Positions 1 to 8,935 of a DNA stretch of 32,000 nucleotides are shown here, piece after piece (the first letter of the stretch is position 1; every line of letters starts with the position of its first letter). Location: positions 210,001 through 242,000 of the forward strand of contig CAKQHZ010000001.1 of NCBI GenBank assembly GCA_934246625.1, in the 5' to 3' direction. The translations under genes and the position numbers were made by a program. The notes below the pieces were generated by a model. The model had not been told where the DNA came from, searched no databases, and saw nothing but the letters and a program-made list of their open reading frames with translations. This stretch comes from an uncultured Alphaproteobacteria bacterium (lineage in GTDB: Bacteria > Pseudomonadota > Alphaproteobacteria > Rs-D84 > CACZYB01).

Positions 1-903
1 ACAGGAGAAATACTTGGAATGGTTTCTTTACCTGATTACCGAAACAATGAACTTAAAAATGTATTTTCAAATCCATTATATAATAATCATATAACCCTTG
101 ATGTTTATGAAATTGGTTCAGTAATGAAAATTTTTAATACTGCTTTGGCATTTGAAAATAATTACCCTGAAAATAAACTTTTTGATGTATCAAAACCTTT
201 TATGATAGGAAACTTTAAGGTTCGAGATTCACACATATACAAATGGAAAATCAATATGAAAGAGGCTTTTGTGTATTCCTCAAATATAGCTTCTGCAATA
301 ATCGCAACTGAATTGGGTGAAAAAAGACAAACTGACTTCTTTAAAAAATTAAATTTCTTTTCAAAAATGAATTTTGAATTACCTGAAAGGGGATTTCCAA
401 TATATCCAAAACAATGGAATGAAAATGTTAATGCAACGGCAGCCTATGGATATGGTATTTCAATAAGTCTTCTTCATACAATAAGTGCTGTAAATGCAAT
501 TATAAATGATGGTATGTATGTAAATCCAACAATACTTAAACGAAACCCAAATGATATTTTTAAATCATTTCAGGTGGTAAATTATGATACTGCTGAAAAA
601 TTAAAAAAACTTATGCGTTTAGTTATTACTGATGGAACTGGACATCGTGCGAATCTTAAAAATATAAAGGCTGGTGGAAAAACAGGAACTTCACAAAAAC
701 TTGTTAATGGAAAATATAATGATAAGATTATACGAACTTTCTTTGTATCAATATTCCCTATTGAAAATCCAAAATATACTATGCTTGTAATGCTTGATGA
801 AGCAAATAATAAAGGTTGCACTTCAGCATCATGCACTACTGTGCCTGTATCCGCTAAAATTATTGAAGATATTACCCCAATGCTTAACTTAAATTCAAAA
901 TAA
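1..903 (+). CDS. ftsI: Penicillin-binding protein 3 (FtsI-type transpeptidase), C-terminal part; 5' end lies off-window
   Basis: The frame is open from nt 1 (TGEILGMVSLPDY...), upstream of the listed start at 19. It has the SxN motif (YSSN) and the KTG motif (GGKTGTSQ) of the penicilloyl-serine transferase domain, and it sits at the head of the dcw cluster. Confidence 0.85.
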   Translation, partial: TGEILGMVSLPDYRNNELKNVFSNPLYNNHITLDVYEIGSVMKIFNTALAFENNYPENKLFDVSKPFMIGNFKVRDSHIYKWKINMKEAFVYSSNIASAIIATELGEKRQTDFFKKLNFFSKMNFELPERGFPIYPKQWNENVNATAAYGYGISISLLHTISAVNAIINDGMYVNPTILKRNPNDIFKSFQVVNYDTAEKLKKLMRLVITDGTGHRANLKNIKAGGKTGTSQKLVNGKYNDKIIRTFFVSIFPIENPKYTMLVMLDEANNKGCTSASCTTVPVSAKIIEDITPMLNLNSK

Positions 904-945
904 ATTTGCAAAATAATTATTTTATAATAAGCTCTTAAAAAACTT

Positions 946-974
946 TTGAAAAAAAATACACATTGTGCTATAAT
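946..974 (+). promoter_or_regulatory. Sigma70-like promoter upstream of mraY (TTGAAA-N17-TATAAT with TGn extended -10)
   Basis: TTGAAA at 946-951 and TATAAT at 969-974 with a 17-nt spacer; TG at 966-967. It lies in the 104-bp ftsI-mraY gap. Confidence 0.45.
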
Positions 975-1007
975 ATATAAAATAAAAAATCAATTATAGG
1001 AATTACA

Positions 1008-2081
1008 ATGTTTTACAATTTAGTTAGCCAATGGGACGGCATTTTCAATATCTTTAGATACATAACTTTCAGAACTGGTGCTGCACTTTTAACATCTTTG
1101 TTCATCTACTTACTTTTTGGAAATAAATTTATAAATTTCATAAAAAAAAGATTTGCTCAACCTATACGAAAGGAAGGTCCACAATCTCATTTAAAAAAGC
1201 AAGGAACTCCAACAATGGGCGGTGTATTGATGATTATTTCAATACTTGTATCTGCTTTGTTATGGTGCAATTTGAATAATGGATACGTATGGATTGTATT
1301 ATTTACTATGCTTTCATTCGGACTTATCGGATTTATTGATGATTATTTCAAGGTTGTTCACGGAAATGCTTATCGTGGATTATCAGCAAAGTTAAGATTG
1401 ATTTTACAATTTATTTTAAGTGGTTTTGCATGTTATGGAATTTACTCTTTGATGCCAAATGAATTTAAAACAGCAATCACAATTCCATTTTTCAAAAATA
1501 TTCTTTGGGATATTGGTATTTTATATTTTATTTTTGTTGCATTTGTAATTGTTGGAACATCTAATGCTGTAAATTTAACTGATGGAATTGATGGACTTGC
1601 AAGTATGATTACTATAAGTTCTTTTGTTGTATTTTTGATTGTATCATACCTTGTTGGTCGTGCAGATTTTTCATTATATCTTTTCCTTCCATATATTCCA
1701 GGAGCAGGAGAAATTACCGTTTTAATAGGTTCTTTGATTGGTGCGATTTTGGGATTTTTATGGTTCAATGCATATCCAGCAAAAATCTTTATGGGTGATG
1801 TCGGTTCTCTTGCAATAGGTTCTTCTTTAGGTGTTATAAGTGTTATTACAAAAAATGAATTTTTACTTCTTATTTGTGGTGCTATTTTTGTAGTTGAGGC
1901 TTTGTCAGTAATACTTCAATTAGCATCATATAAAATCAGAGGTAGAGGTATTTTTAAAATGGCTCCTATACATCATCATTTTGAATTAAAGGGTTGGAGT
2001 GAACAAACTGTGGTAATAAGATTTTGGATTATTTCTATTATCCTTGCATTATTTGCTTTGTCTTCACTTAAAATTAGATAA
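1008..2081 (+). CDS. mraY: Phospho-N-acetylmuramoyl-pentapeptide transferase
   Basis: 357-aa polytopic membrane protein with MraY signatures (GTPTMGG, NAVNLTDGIDGLA, MGDVGSLAIG, APIHHHFE). Confidence 0.95.
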   Translation: MFYNLVSQWDGIFNIFRYITFRTGAALLTSLFIYLLFGNKFINFIKKRFAQPIRKEGPQSHLKKQGTPTMGGVLMIISILVSALLWCNLNNGYVWIVLFTMLSFGLIGFIDDYFKVVHGNAYRGLSAKLRLILQFILSGFACYGIYSLMPNEFKTAITIPFFKNILWDIGILYFIFVAFVIVGTSNAVNLTDGIDGLASMITISSFVVFLIVSYLVGRADFSLYLFLPYIPGAGEITVLIGSLIGAILGFLWFNAYPAKIFMGDVGSLAIGSSLGVISVITKNEFLLLICGAIFVVEALSVILQLASYKIRGRGIFKMAPIHHHFELKGWSEQTVVIRFWIISIILALFALSSLKIR

Positions 2082-2092
2082 TAGAGGCGAAT

Positions 2093-3511
2093 ATGATAAA
2101 TAAGTTAATAAATAAAACTGTTGCCGTATTGGGACTTGGTAAAAGTGGTATGGCAGTTGTAAGAGAATTAAAAAAACGTTGTGTGCATGTTATTGCATGG
2201 GACAATAAAGAAGAATTAAGAAAAGAGGCTTCAAATTTTGGTGCAAAAATTCAAGATTTGATGAGTGTAGATTTTTCATCTGTGGAACTTTTGGTTATAA
2301 GTCCAGGAATACCACATACATATCCTGTGCCTCATCCTGTTGCATTAAAAGCAAAAGAAGCTGGGGTTAAAATTATTGATGACGTTGAACTTTTTGTATC
2401 AACATATAAAAAGGCAAATTATATTGGTGTTACTGGCACAAATGGAAAGTCAACAACAACTGCTTTGATATATCATATTTTAAAGGAAAATGGTGTGCCA
2501 ACAGCCATTGGTGGAAATTTTGGTATTCCAGTTTTTGATTTACCAGAATTAGATGAAAATGGTTGGTATGTTTTTGAAATGTCAAGTTATCAAATTGAAC
2601 TTTCTCCATCTATTGATTTTGATATTTCTGCACTTTTAAACATTACTCCGGACCATTTATCACGACATAATGGTATGGAAGGATATGTAAATGTAAAAAA
2701 ACAAATTTTTCATAGAGTATCAAAGAAAAATGTTTCTAATGTAATTGCGATTGATGATGAATACACAAAAAAGATTTTCAATGAGCTTTTAAAAGAATCT
2801 GCTTCATCTGTGCATAATATTCCTGTGTCATTTGAAAAAAAGACTGATGGATATTTCGTAAATGCCAAGGGTATTTTGTTTGATAACACAAAGGGAGATA
2901 AAAAAGAAATCCTTGACTTATCAACTTTGGAAAACCTTAAGGGCAAACATAATTGGCAAAATATCGTTGTTAGTTTCGCGGTTTGCAAACGTGCAGGACT
3001 TTCAACTTCTAAAATTGTAAATGCAATAAAAACTTTCAAGGCTTTGGAACATCGTGTTGAAAAGGTAAGTAATTTTGCAGGAATTGAGTTTATCAATGAT
3101 TCAAAGGCTACTAATGCCGAAGCAACACAATATGCAATCCAATCACTAAATGATGTTTATTGGATTATTGGTGGAAGAAAAAAGGAAGGCGGTATTGATA
3201 TTTTAATGCCTCAACTTGAAAAGGGAAATATTAAACGAATTTTTACGATTGGGGAATGTGAAAAGGAATTTTATAACCAAACAAAAAAAATTATTCCTTC
3301 CTATAAATGTCATAAACTTGAAAAGGCTGTGATAAAAGCATTCAAACTTGCTTTAAAAGATTTAAAAAAAGGAAAAGTAAAAAATCCTGTTGTTATACTA
3401 TCTCCTGCTTGTGCTTCTTTTGACCAATATAAATCATTTGAAGCAAGGGGCGACCATTTCAAAAAAATAGTAGGCGATATTATTTTAAAATACAAAAATA
3501 AATTGGGATAG
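2093..3511 (+). CDS. murD: UDP-N-acetylmuramoylalanine--D-glutamate ligase
   Basis: 472 aa. N-terminal Rossmann motif GLGKSG, Mur ligase P-loop GVTGTNGKSTT, and SxYQ and NITPDHL motifs. Located in the dcw cluster. Confidence 0.93.
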   Translation: MINKLINKTVAVLGLGKSGMAVVRELKKRCVHVIAWDNKEELRKEASNFGAKIQDLMSVDFSSVELLVISPGIPHTYPVPHPVALKAKEAGVKIIDDVELFVSTYKKANYIGVTGTNGKSTTTALIYHILKENGVPTAIGGNFGIPVFDLPELDENGWYVFEMSSYQIELSPSIDFDISALLNITPDHLSRHNGMEGYVNVKKQIFHRVSKKNVSNVIAIDDEYTKKIFNELLKESASSVHNIPVSFEKKTDGYFVNAKGILFDNTKGDKKEILDLSTLENLKGKHNWQNIVVSFAVCKRAGLSTSKIVNAIKTFKALEHRVEKVSNFAGIEFINDSKATNAEATQYAIQSLNDVYWIIGGRKKEGGIDILMPQLEKGNIKRIFTIGECEKEFYNQTKKIIPSYKCHKLEKAVIKAFKLALKDLKKGKVKNPVVILSPACASFDQYKSFEARGDHFKKIVGDIILKYKNKLG

Positions 3512-3513
3512 AT

Positions 3514-4653
3514 ATGTTTATTCAAAGAACTGATAAAAGTAGATTTGCAAAATGGTGGTTTGGTTTGGACAAAGCCATTTTCCTTGAAACTTTGTTCTTA
3601 ATCGGAATTGGAGTATTTATGATTTTTGCAGCAAGTCCCTATTCTGCCATCAGAGCAAGACTTAGCAGTTCTTACTATATTCACAAATATCTTGGGTATG
3701 TTGGTATCGGAATAAGTGTTTTTTTTATATCAACATTTTTATCTGCAAAAACGATTAAACGACTATCTATATTTGGTTTTATGGCGTTGTATATTCTTTT
3801 GATTTGCACACTTTTTACAAATGAAATAAAGGGGTCAAAACGATGGGTCAATTTAGGTGTTTCAATTCAGCCATCTGAAATTTTAAAACCGATTTTTGCA
3901 ATTATTATCGCCCTTATTATTGTAAAGATAAAAGAATTTCAAATACTTGATGATAAAAAAAGGGTAAAAAACTATATCTGGCTTTTAATTGGAATTATGA
4001 TAAGTATAATAATTCCTTTGCGATTACAACCTGATATGGGTATGACATTTACCTTTGTTGTTATTTTTATCAGTGAAGTTTTTGTTGCAGGCCTTGCGTG
4101 GAAATGGATTGTCGCATTGGGTGGAATTTGTGTCGTTGGTGGAATTTCCGCATACCTTTATATGCCACATTTTTACAATCGTATAAACAAATTCCTTGGC
4201 AATGCAGAAAGTGGCGATACATACCAAATTGAAATGGGATTAAAGGCAATCAAGGAAGCTGGACTTTTTGGAAGCCATACAAACAACCTTAAAAAAACAA
4301 TTCCTGATGTGCATACGGATTTTGTGTTTTCCGCAATGGTAGAAGAATTTGGTGCGGTATTATCAATTATGTTCCTTATAATATTTTTTATGATGTTGAT
4401 AAGAATTTTTAATATTTTAAAGGATAAAAAAAATCCATTTGTGATATTTGCTGGAACTGGTATCACAACATATTTCGCATTTCAGGTTTGTGTTAATATT
4501 TGTTCAAATTTGGGACTTATTCCAACAAAGGGTATGACTTTACCATTTATTTCTTATGGGGGGTCATCATTTATTTCCTCTTGTTTAGGAATGGGGCTTT
4601 TACTTGCAATTTTACAAGAATTTAATGTTAGAGGTGATTACAATGGAAAATAA
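3514..4653 (+). CDS. ftsW: Peptidoglycan glycosyltransferase / lipid II flippase of the SEDS family (FtsW)
   Basis: 379-aa multi-TM protein with SEDS motifs (QPSE, PDxHTDFVFS, TKGMTLPFISYGGSS). Lies between murD and murG. Confidence 0.9.
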   Translation: MFIQRTDKSRFAKWWFGLDKAIFLETLFLIGIGVFMIFAASPYSAIRARLSSSYYIHKYLGYVGIGISVFFISTFLSAKTIKRLSIFGFMALYILLICTLFTNEIKGSKRWVNLGVSIQPSEILKPIFAIIIALIIVKIKEFQILDDKKRVKNYIWLLIGIMISIIIPLRLQPDMGMTFTFVVIFISEVFVAGLAWKWIVALGGICVVGGISAYLYMPHFYNRINKFLGNAESGDTYQIEMGLKAIKEAGLFGSHTNNLKKTIPDVHTDFVFSAMVEEFGAVLSIMFLIIFFMMLIRIFNILKDKKNPFVIFAGTGITTYFAFQVCVNICSNLGLIPTKGMTLPFISYGGSSFISSCLGMGLLLAILQEFNVRGDYNGK

Positions 4654-5737
4654 AAAAATAAAAGTTGTGATTGGTGCTGGTGGAACTGGTGGACATTTGT
4701 TCCCTGCATCAGAAATTAAAAAAGAATTAGAAAGTCGTGGTTATGATGTCTATCTTATCACAGATAATAGAGGTAAAAGATTTGCATCAAAATTTGAAAA
4801 AATTTCTGTGATTATTGGTGGTGGATTAAGTGGTGAAAACCTTTGGTATAGAATAAGAAGTCTTACAAAACTTGCCATAGGTTTTATACAAACTTTCTTT
4901 TATATGATAACGATAAGACCCAAAGTTGTCATTGGTATGGGTGGATATATTTCTGTGCCAGTTGTTTTATGGGGAAAGATTTTAGGTAAAAAAACTATTA
5001 TCCATAATGCAGATTCAATTTTGGGAAATGCAAATATATTTCTTTCAAAATTTGCTGATGTGGTTGCTGTGTCATTTAAAAATACAAAAAAAATTCCACA
5101 AAATGCAAATGTAAAATTTGTGGGACTTCCTCTTCGTGAAGATATAAAGGAAATTGCAAATACGGACTATCCTGTAATAAATGACAAAGTTCCTTTTGTA
5201 ATTGCTGTAATGGGTGGTTCACAAGGAGCACAAATTTTTTCTGATACTGTTTCACGTGCGGTTGCAATGCTTGATGAAAAAATCAGACAAAGACTTTTTA
5301 TATATCAACAAGTGGTAAAAGAAGATATTGATGAAGTAAAATCATTTTACAAATCTTTTAATATAAAATGTGATGTAAGAAGTTTTTTTGAAAATCCTGC
5401 AAACATTCTTGAAAAATGTCATTTGTTTATTGGTCGTGCTGGGGCATCTACAGTTCTTGAAATTGGAACAATTGGAAGACCATCTATTTTTATTCCTGTA
5501 AAGCATAAGGATAGACAACAAGTCATAAATGCAGAACAAATTACAACCCAAGGTGGTGGTGAAATTATTTTACAAGATGATTTTACAGCTGAAAGTCTTT
5601 ATAATGTCCTTAAGAAATTGGTTATCAATGAAAAATTACTTGAAAATATGGCAAAAAAGTCTAAAATTTTTAAATTGCAAAATAATGCTAGTAAAAATAT
5701 CGTTGATGAAATCGATAAATTACTGCTTATAAAATAA
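4643..5737 (+). CDS. murG: UDP-GlcNAc:lipid I N-acetylglucosaminyltransferase
   Basis: The G-loop GAGGTGGHLFPA follows directly after MENKKIKVV. The ATG at 4643 is preceded by GAGGTGA, and the listed 4604 start would overlap ftsW by 50 nt. C-terminal GRAGASTV motif present. Confidence 0.9.
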   Translation: MENKKIKVVIGAGGTGGHLFPASEIKKELESRGYDVYLITDNRGKRFASKFEKISVIIGGGLSGENLWYRIRSLTKLAIGFIQTFFYMITIRPKVVIGMGGYISVPVVLWGKILGKKTIIHNADSILGNANIFLSKFADVVAVSFKNTKKIPQNANVKFVGLPLREDIKEIANTDYPVINDKVPFVIAVMGGSQGAQIFSDTVSRAVAMLDEKIRQRLFIYQQVVKEDIDEVKSFYKSFNIKCDVRSFFENPANILEKCHLFIGRAGASTVLEIGTIGRPSIFIPVKHKDRQQVINAEQITTQGGGEIILQDDFTAESLYNVLKKLVINEKLLENMAKKSKIFKLQNNASKNIVDEIDKLLLIK

Positions 5738-5755
5738 ACGTAAAAGGATTTAAAA

Positions 5756-7165
5756 TTGCCAAAAGTAGATTTAAAAAATTTACCAAAAACATCTGTGTTT
5801 CATTTTATTGGTGCCGATGGTATTGGTATGAGCTCTATTGCTGAAGTATTATTAAAAATTGGGTTTGTTGTGCAAGGTTCTAATGAAATAGATGGTGAAA
5901 ACCTTGAACATCTTAAAAAACTTGGGGCAAAAATTTTCATTGGTCATAATGCCCAAAATGTAAACGGAGCTGACTTTATTGTATTTTCCTCTGCAGTGCC
6001 AGAAACAAATGTTGAAATGGTCGAGGCAAAAAAACAAAATCTTCCTATTATTGAACGTGCAGAAATGCTTCAAGCAATTATGGGTATGAAAAAATCTATT
6101 GGTATAAGTGGAACTCATGGTAAAACAACAACAACATCATTCGTTGGAACATTGCTTGATATTGCAGGATTTGAACCTACTGTAATTGATGGGGGTATCA
6201 TATCTCACTATGCTTCAAGTAATATTGCAGGAAATGGTGATTGGGTTGTAGCAGAAACTTGTGAAGCATTTGGTAATTTGAAACATTTTACTGCAGATAT
6301 TGCAGTTATTACAAACATTGATGCGGAACATATGGAATTTTATCATACATTTGATAACCTTAAAAATTATTTCCGTGAATATATAAGCAGAATACCATCT
6401 TCTGGTTTGGCTGTGCTATGTGCAGACCATAATGTTGTTATGGAATTAAAAAAGGAATTTGAAGGCAAAAAAAATATTATAACTTATGGTTTCAGTAATG
6501 ATGCTGATATAAGGGCTGAAAATATTCATTTTGATATTGATGGTGGATATTTTGATGCAGTGTTCAAAGATGGTAAAAAAATTAACGACCTTCATATACC
6601 ACTTTTTGGAAAGCATAATATTTTAAATTGTTTGGTGGCTTTGGCTGTTGCTAAATTTTTAGATATTAGTGAAGACAAGGTTCGTGAAGCACTTTTGAAA
6701 TTTGAAGGTGTAAAACACAGATTTTCAAAGGTTGGCAAGGTAAATGGTATAAGAATTTTTGATGACTATGCTCATCACCCAAAGGAAATTGAAACAACCT
6801 TAGCTATGGCTCGTGATGTTGCTGGTAATGGGAAAATTATGGCTATTTTCCAACCTCACAGATATTCAAGATTGACCGATTTATTTGATAGTTTTCTTAA
6901 ATGTTTTGATAAGGCTGATTTTGTTGTATGTATGCCTGTGTTTGGTGCAGGAGAATCTTCTGAAAATATGAAGAATCACATTGATTTTTATAATGCACTT
7001 AAGCAAACAGGAAAACAAAATGTTTATCAAATCTCTGATTTTTCTGAAATTACTGATATTGTATTGTCAAATTTAAAAGCCGATGATATAATTATTTCGT
7101 TTGGTGCTGGTGATATAAAACATATGATTTATGATTTACCAGAAATGATTGAAAGTAAAAAATAA
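5756..7165 (+). CDS. murC: UDP-N-acetylmuramate--L-alanine ligase
   Basis: 469 aa. GIGMSSIAE N-terminal motif, P-loop GISGTHGKTTTTS, DYAHHP motif. TTG start at 5756. Confidence 0.93.
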   Translation: MPKVDLKNLPKTSVFHFIGADGIGMSSIAEVLLKIGFVVQGSNEIDGENLEHLKKLGAKIFIGHNAQNVNGADFIVFSSAVPETNVEMVEAKKQNLPIIERAEMLQAIMGMKKSIGISGTHGKTTTTSFVGTLLDIAGFEPTVIDGGIISHYASSNIAGNGDWVVAETCEAFGNLKHFTADIAVITNIDAEHMEFYHTFDNLKNYFREYISRIPSSGLAVLCADHNVVMELKKEFEGKKNIITYGFSNDADIRAENIHFDIDGGYFDAVFKDGKKINDLHIPLFGKHNILNCLVALAVAKFLDISEDKVREALLKFEGVKHRFSKVGKVNGIRIFDDYAHHPKEIETTLAMARDVAGNGKIMAIFQPHRYSRLTDLFDSFLKCFDKADFVVCMPVFGAGESSENMKNHIDFYNALKQTGKQNVYQISDFSEITDIVLSNLKADDIIISFGAGDIKHMIYDLPEMIESKK

Positions 7166-7166
7166 A

Positions 7167-8096
7167 ATGGAAAATTCTGTTATAAAAAATTTACCAAAAG
7201 TAAAAGGTGAATTATTAGAAAATTATAATCTTGCTAATTTTACCAGATTTAAGACTGGTGGAATTGCCGAAGTTTTTTTTACTCCTAAGGATAAAAAAGA
7301 TTTGATGGATTTCTTAAAACATGCTCCTAAGGATATGTATATTCATACTCTTGGTTTTGGTTCAAATCTTCTTATTCGTGATGGTGTATTAAATGGAATT
7401 ACAATAAGACTTCAATCTGATGCCTTTAATTCTATTGAAATTGATGAAAGTGATGATTGCAAAATTATTTGTGGCGCATTTGCTTCAAATATTGCAATTT
7501 CTAAATTTGCGATGGAACATTCCATTGCTGGATTTGAATTTTTGTTTGGAATTCCTGGTTCTATTGGTGGTGCAGTCATTACTAATGCTGGTTGTTTTAA
7601 ACAAGAAATAAAAGATATTTTGGTTGAAATAGAAGTTGTAAATAAATTGACAGGAAAGGTTAAAACTATCCCTGCTTCTGATTGCGGATTGGTTTATCGT
7701 GATTCTTCAATTAAACCTAAATACATAATTACTTCTGTTGTATTAAAGGGTAAAAAGGGAGATAGCAAAAAAATCCAAGAAACTATGGATAACATACTTA
7801 AGGAAAAGGATTCTGTTCAACCTACATATACAAAGACTGCGGGTTCTACATTTAAAAATCCTGTGGGACATTCTGCATGGAAACTTATCAAAGATGCAGG
7901 TTGTCAAGGTATGAAATATGGTGATGCAATCGTTTCTCCTATGCATGCAAACTTTATCATCAATGAAGGAAATGCAACTTCTGCGGATATTGAAGAATTG
8001 GCGGAACAAGTCAGATATAAAGTTTATGAAAAATTTGGAATAATGCTTGAATATGAAATAAAAATCATTGGTTCAAGGAAAGTTGAAAACCCTTAA
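7167..8096 (+). CDS. murB: UDP-N-acetylenolpyruvoylglucosamine reductase
   Basis: FAD-binding PCMH-type N-terminus (FKTGGIAEVFF, LGFGSNLL), GIPGSIGGAV, and GSTFKNP in the C-terminal domain. I prefer the ATG at 7167, just after the murC stop, over the TTG at 7149. Confidence 0.88.
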   Translation: MENSVIKNLPKVKGELLENYNLANFTRFKTGGIAEVFFTPKDKKDLMDFLKHAPKDMYIHTLGFGSNLLIRDGVLNGITIRLQSDAFNSIEIDESDDCKIICGAFASNIAISKFAMEHSIAGFEFLFGIPGSIGGAVITNAGCFKQEIKDILVEIEVVNKLTGKVKTIPASDCGLVYRDSSIKPKYIITSVVLKGKKGDSKKIQETMDNILKEKDSVQPTYTKTAGSTFKNPVGHSAWKLIKDAGCQGMKYGDAIVSPMHANFIINEGNATSADIEELAEQVRYKVYEKFGIMLEYEIKIIGSRKVENP

Positions 8097-8117
8097 TTTT
8101 AAGGGTTTCTTTTTTTA
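8086..8117. terminator. Bidirectional intrinsic terminator spanning the convergent stops of murB and bamD
   Basis: Perfect palindrome AAACCCTTAA-tt-TTAAGGGTTT (8087-8108). It is followed by T7 on the + strand and by TTTTC on the - strand. Confidence 0.55.
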
Positions 8118-8851
8118 TAGTTTTGAACAATTGTTTTTGCATCCTTTGTCCATGAAGAATTTGGATAATTTACCTCAAGCAATCTTAACATATTTTTTGC
8201 ATCATCTTCTTCGTCAAGGATTAAATAAATTTCAACAGTGCGGTATAATGCCTCCTCAACAAACAAAGTGGTTTGATACTTTGCTATTATTGTTTGAAAA
8301 CGATTAAGAGCGGCAATTACATTTTTCTTTTTTACAAGATTTTTTGCAATATACATTTCCTTTGCCGCAAGATTATTTCGAGCAATTATTATTTTTGGAA
8401 GGACATCCTTTGCATACTTTGTATCAGGATATTTTTCAACAAGTTTTTCCATATTTTTAAGTGCAAGTTCGGTCATTTTTTGATCACGAGTAATAGGTGA
8501 AATTTGATCATAATATGACATTGAAATCATATATATTGCATACGGAACATCTTTATGATTTGGTTGATATTTTATCAATTTTTCAAAAGCATCTATTGCC
8601 TCTTGATATTTATGTTCCTTATAATATGCATATCCCATCATCACCCAAGAATTTGCAACAAGTGAAGAATAAGGGTGATTATATTCAAGTTGAGAAAAAT
8701 CATCAACCGCAAGCATATTATATTCCTTTGAAAGTTGAGCCAAACCAGAATTATAAATTTCAACATCTGATATTTGAGAATAATCTTTCGTCCTTTGATT
8801 TGCACATGCAAATAAGGTTAAACTTAACCCCAAACATAAAAATTTTTTCAT
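8099..8851 (-). CDS. bamD: Outer membrane protein assembly factor BamD (YfiO/ComL-type TPR lipoprotein)
   Basis: Lipoprotein signal with lipobox LFAC, followed by TPR-like repeats typical of BamD (YNSGLAQL..., GYAYYKEHKYQEAIDAFEKLIKYQPNH, YPDTKYAKD). Confidence 0.85.
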   Translation of the reverse strand: MKKFLCLGLSLTLFACANQRTKDYSQISDVEIYNSGLAQLSKEYNMLAVDDFSQLEYNHPYSSLVANSWVMMGYAYYKEHKYQEAIDAFEKLIKYQPNHKDVPYAIYMISMSYYDQISPITRDQKMTELALKNMEKLVEKYPDTKYAKDVLPKIIIARNNLAAKEMYIAKNLVKKKNVIAALNRFQTIIAKYQTTLFVEEALYRTVEIYLILDEEDDAKNMLRLLEVNYPNSSWTKDAKTIVQNYKKRNP

Positions 8852-8935
8852 TTTTCTCTCTTTTATATTGCCTATATTTTTGTTATATTTTATGATATAG
8901 TATAACTTTGAGTAAATAAAGGATTTTTTTAGATT

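Noticed and set aside
582-911. 109-aa minus-strand ORF, and similar antisense ORFs inside mraY, murD, ftsW, murG, murC and murB (for example 1442-1768, 2710-3096, 4173-4466, 5852-6118, 7743-8009)
   Set aside because: Each lies entirely within a confidently identified gene on the opposite strand. They have no RBS and no recognisable motifs, and their composition is what is expected from the reverse complement of AT-rich coding sequence. They are shadow ORFs.
4604-4642. Upstream start for murG
   Set aside because: It would overlap ftsW by 50 nt. The ATG at 4643 has a GAGGTGA RBS and places the G-loop at the usual distance from the N-terminus.
8068-8895. Plus-strand ORFs 8068-8307, 8273-8500 and 8497-8895
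   Set aside because: They tile the antisense strand of bamD, whose lipoprotein signal and TPR repeats are clear. Their products are low-complexity.
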